Position numbers and translations under genes: made by a program. From Camelus ferus (Eukaryota): a DNA stretch of 64,000 nt. Below the pieces are notes generated by a model. It was not told the DNA's origin and ran no database searches. It saw only the letters and a program-made list of their open reading frames with translations. Below, in pieces: positions 48,656-64,000 of the stretch; positions within the stretch are counted from its first letter, which is position 1, and every line of letters begins with the position of its first letter. The stretch spans positions 22,878,001-22,942,000 of the forward strand of contig NC_045717.1 in the NCBI RefSeq assembly GCF_009834535.1. The letters run 5' to 3'.

Positions 48656-64000
<15,345 letters not shown>

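Overview
Mammalian GC-rich locus orthologous to human chr19p13.3, in reverse orientation. The tRNA-derived SINEs match the camelid Vic-1 type, so the source is probably a camel, alpaca or llama (inference). Gene order: VAV1 exon 1 and part of intron 1 (minus strand; start site probably in or next to a 128-nt N gap), SH2D3A (plus, complete, 9 coding exons, 576 aa), TRIP10/CIP4 (minus, complete, 15 coding exons including a 168-nt cassette exon, 604/548 aa), GPR108 (plus, complete, 18 exons, 547 aa), and complement C3 exons 1-20 (plus, running off the window end). I traced all exons by hand; each has GT-AG junctions and the reading frames stay continuous. No wholly new protein-coding system is supported, and the long ORFs in the supplied track are real exons read into introns or GC/purine-biased artefacts. 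The most interesting unexplained features are: a near-perfect CTCF motif between the divergent VAV1 and SH2D3A promoters; an orphan CpG-island promoter with splice donors; a palindromic poly(A) signal readable on both strands between convergent SH2D3A and TRIP10; RBFOX motifs around the TRIP10 cassette exon; a MIR-derived splice acceptor in SH2D3A; lineage-specific protein changes in C3 and GPR108; an unusually similar inverted LTR pair; and nested transposon layers in C3 introns. Comparisons with human or bovine proteins and repeat family names come from memory and need database confirmation.
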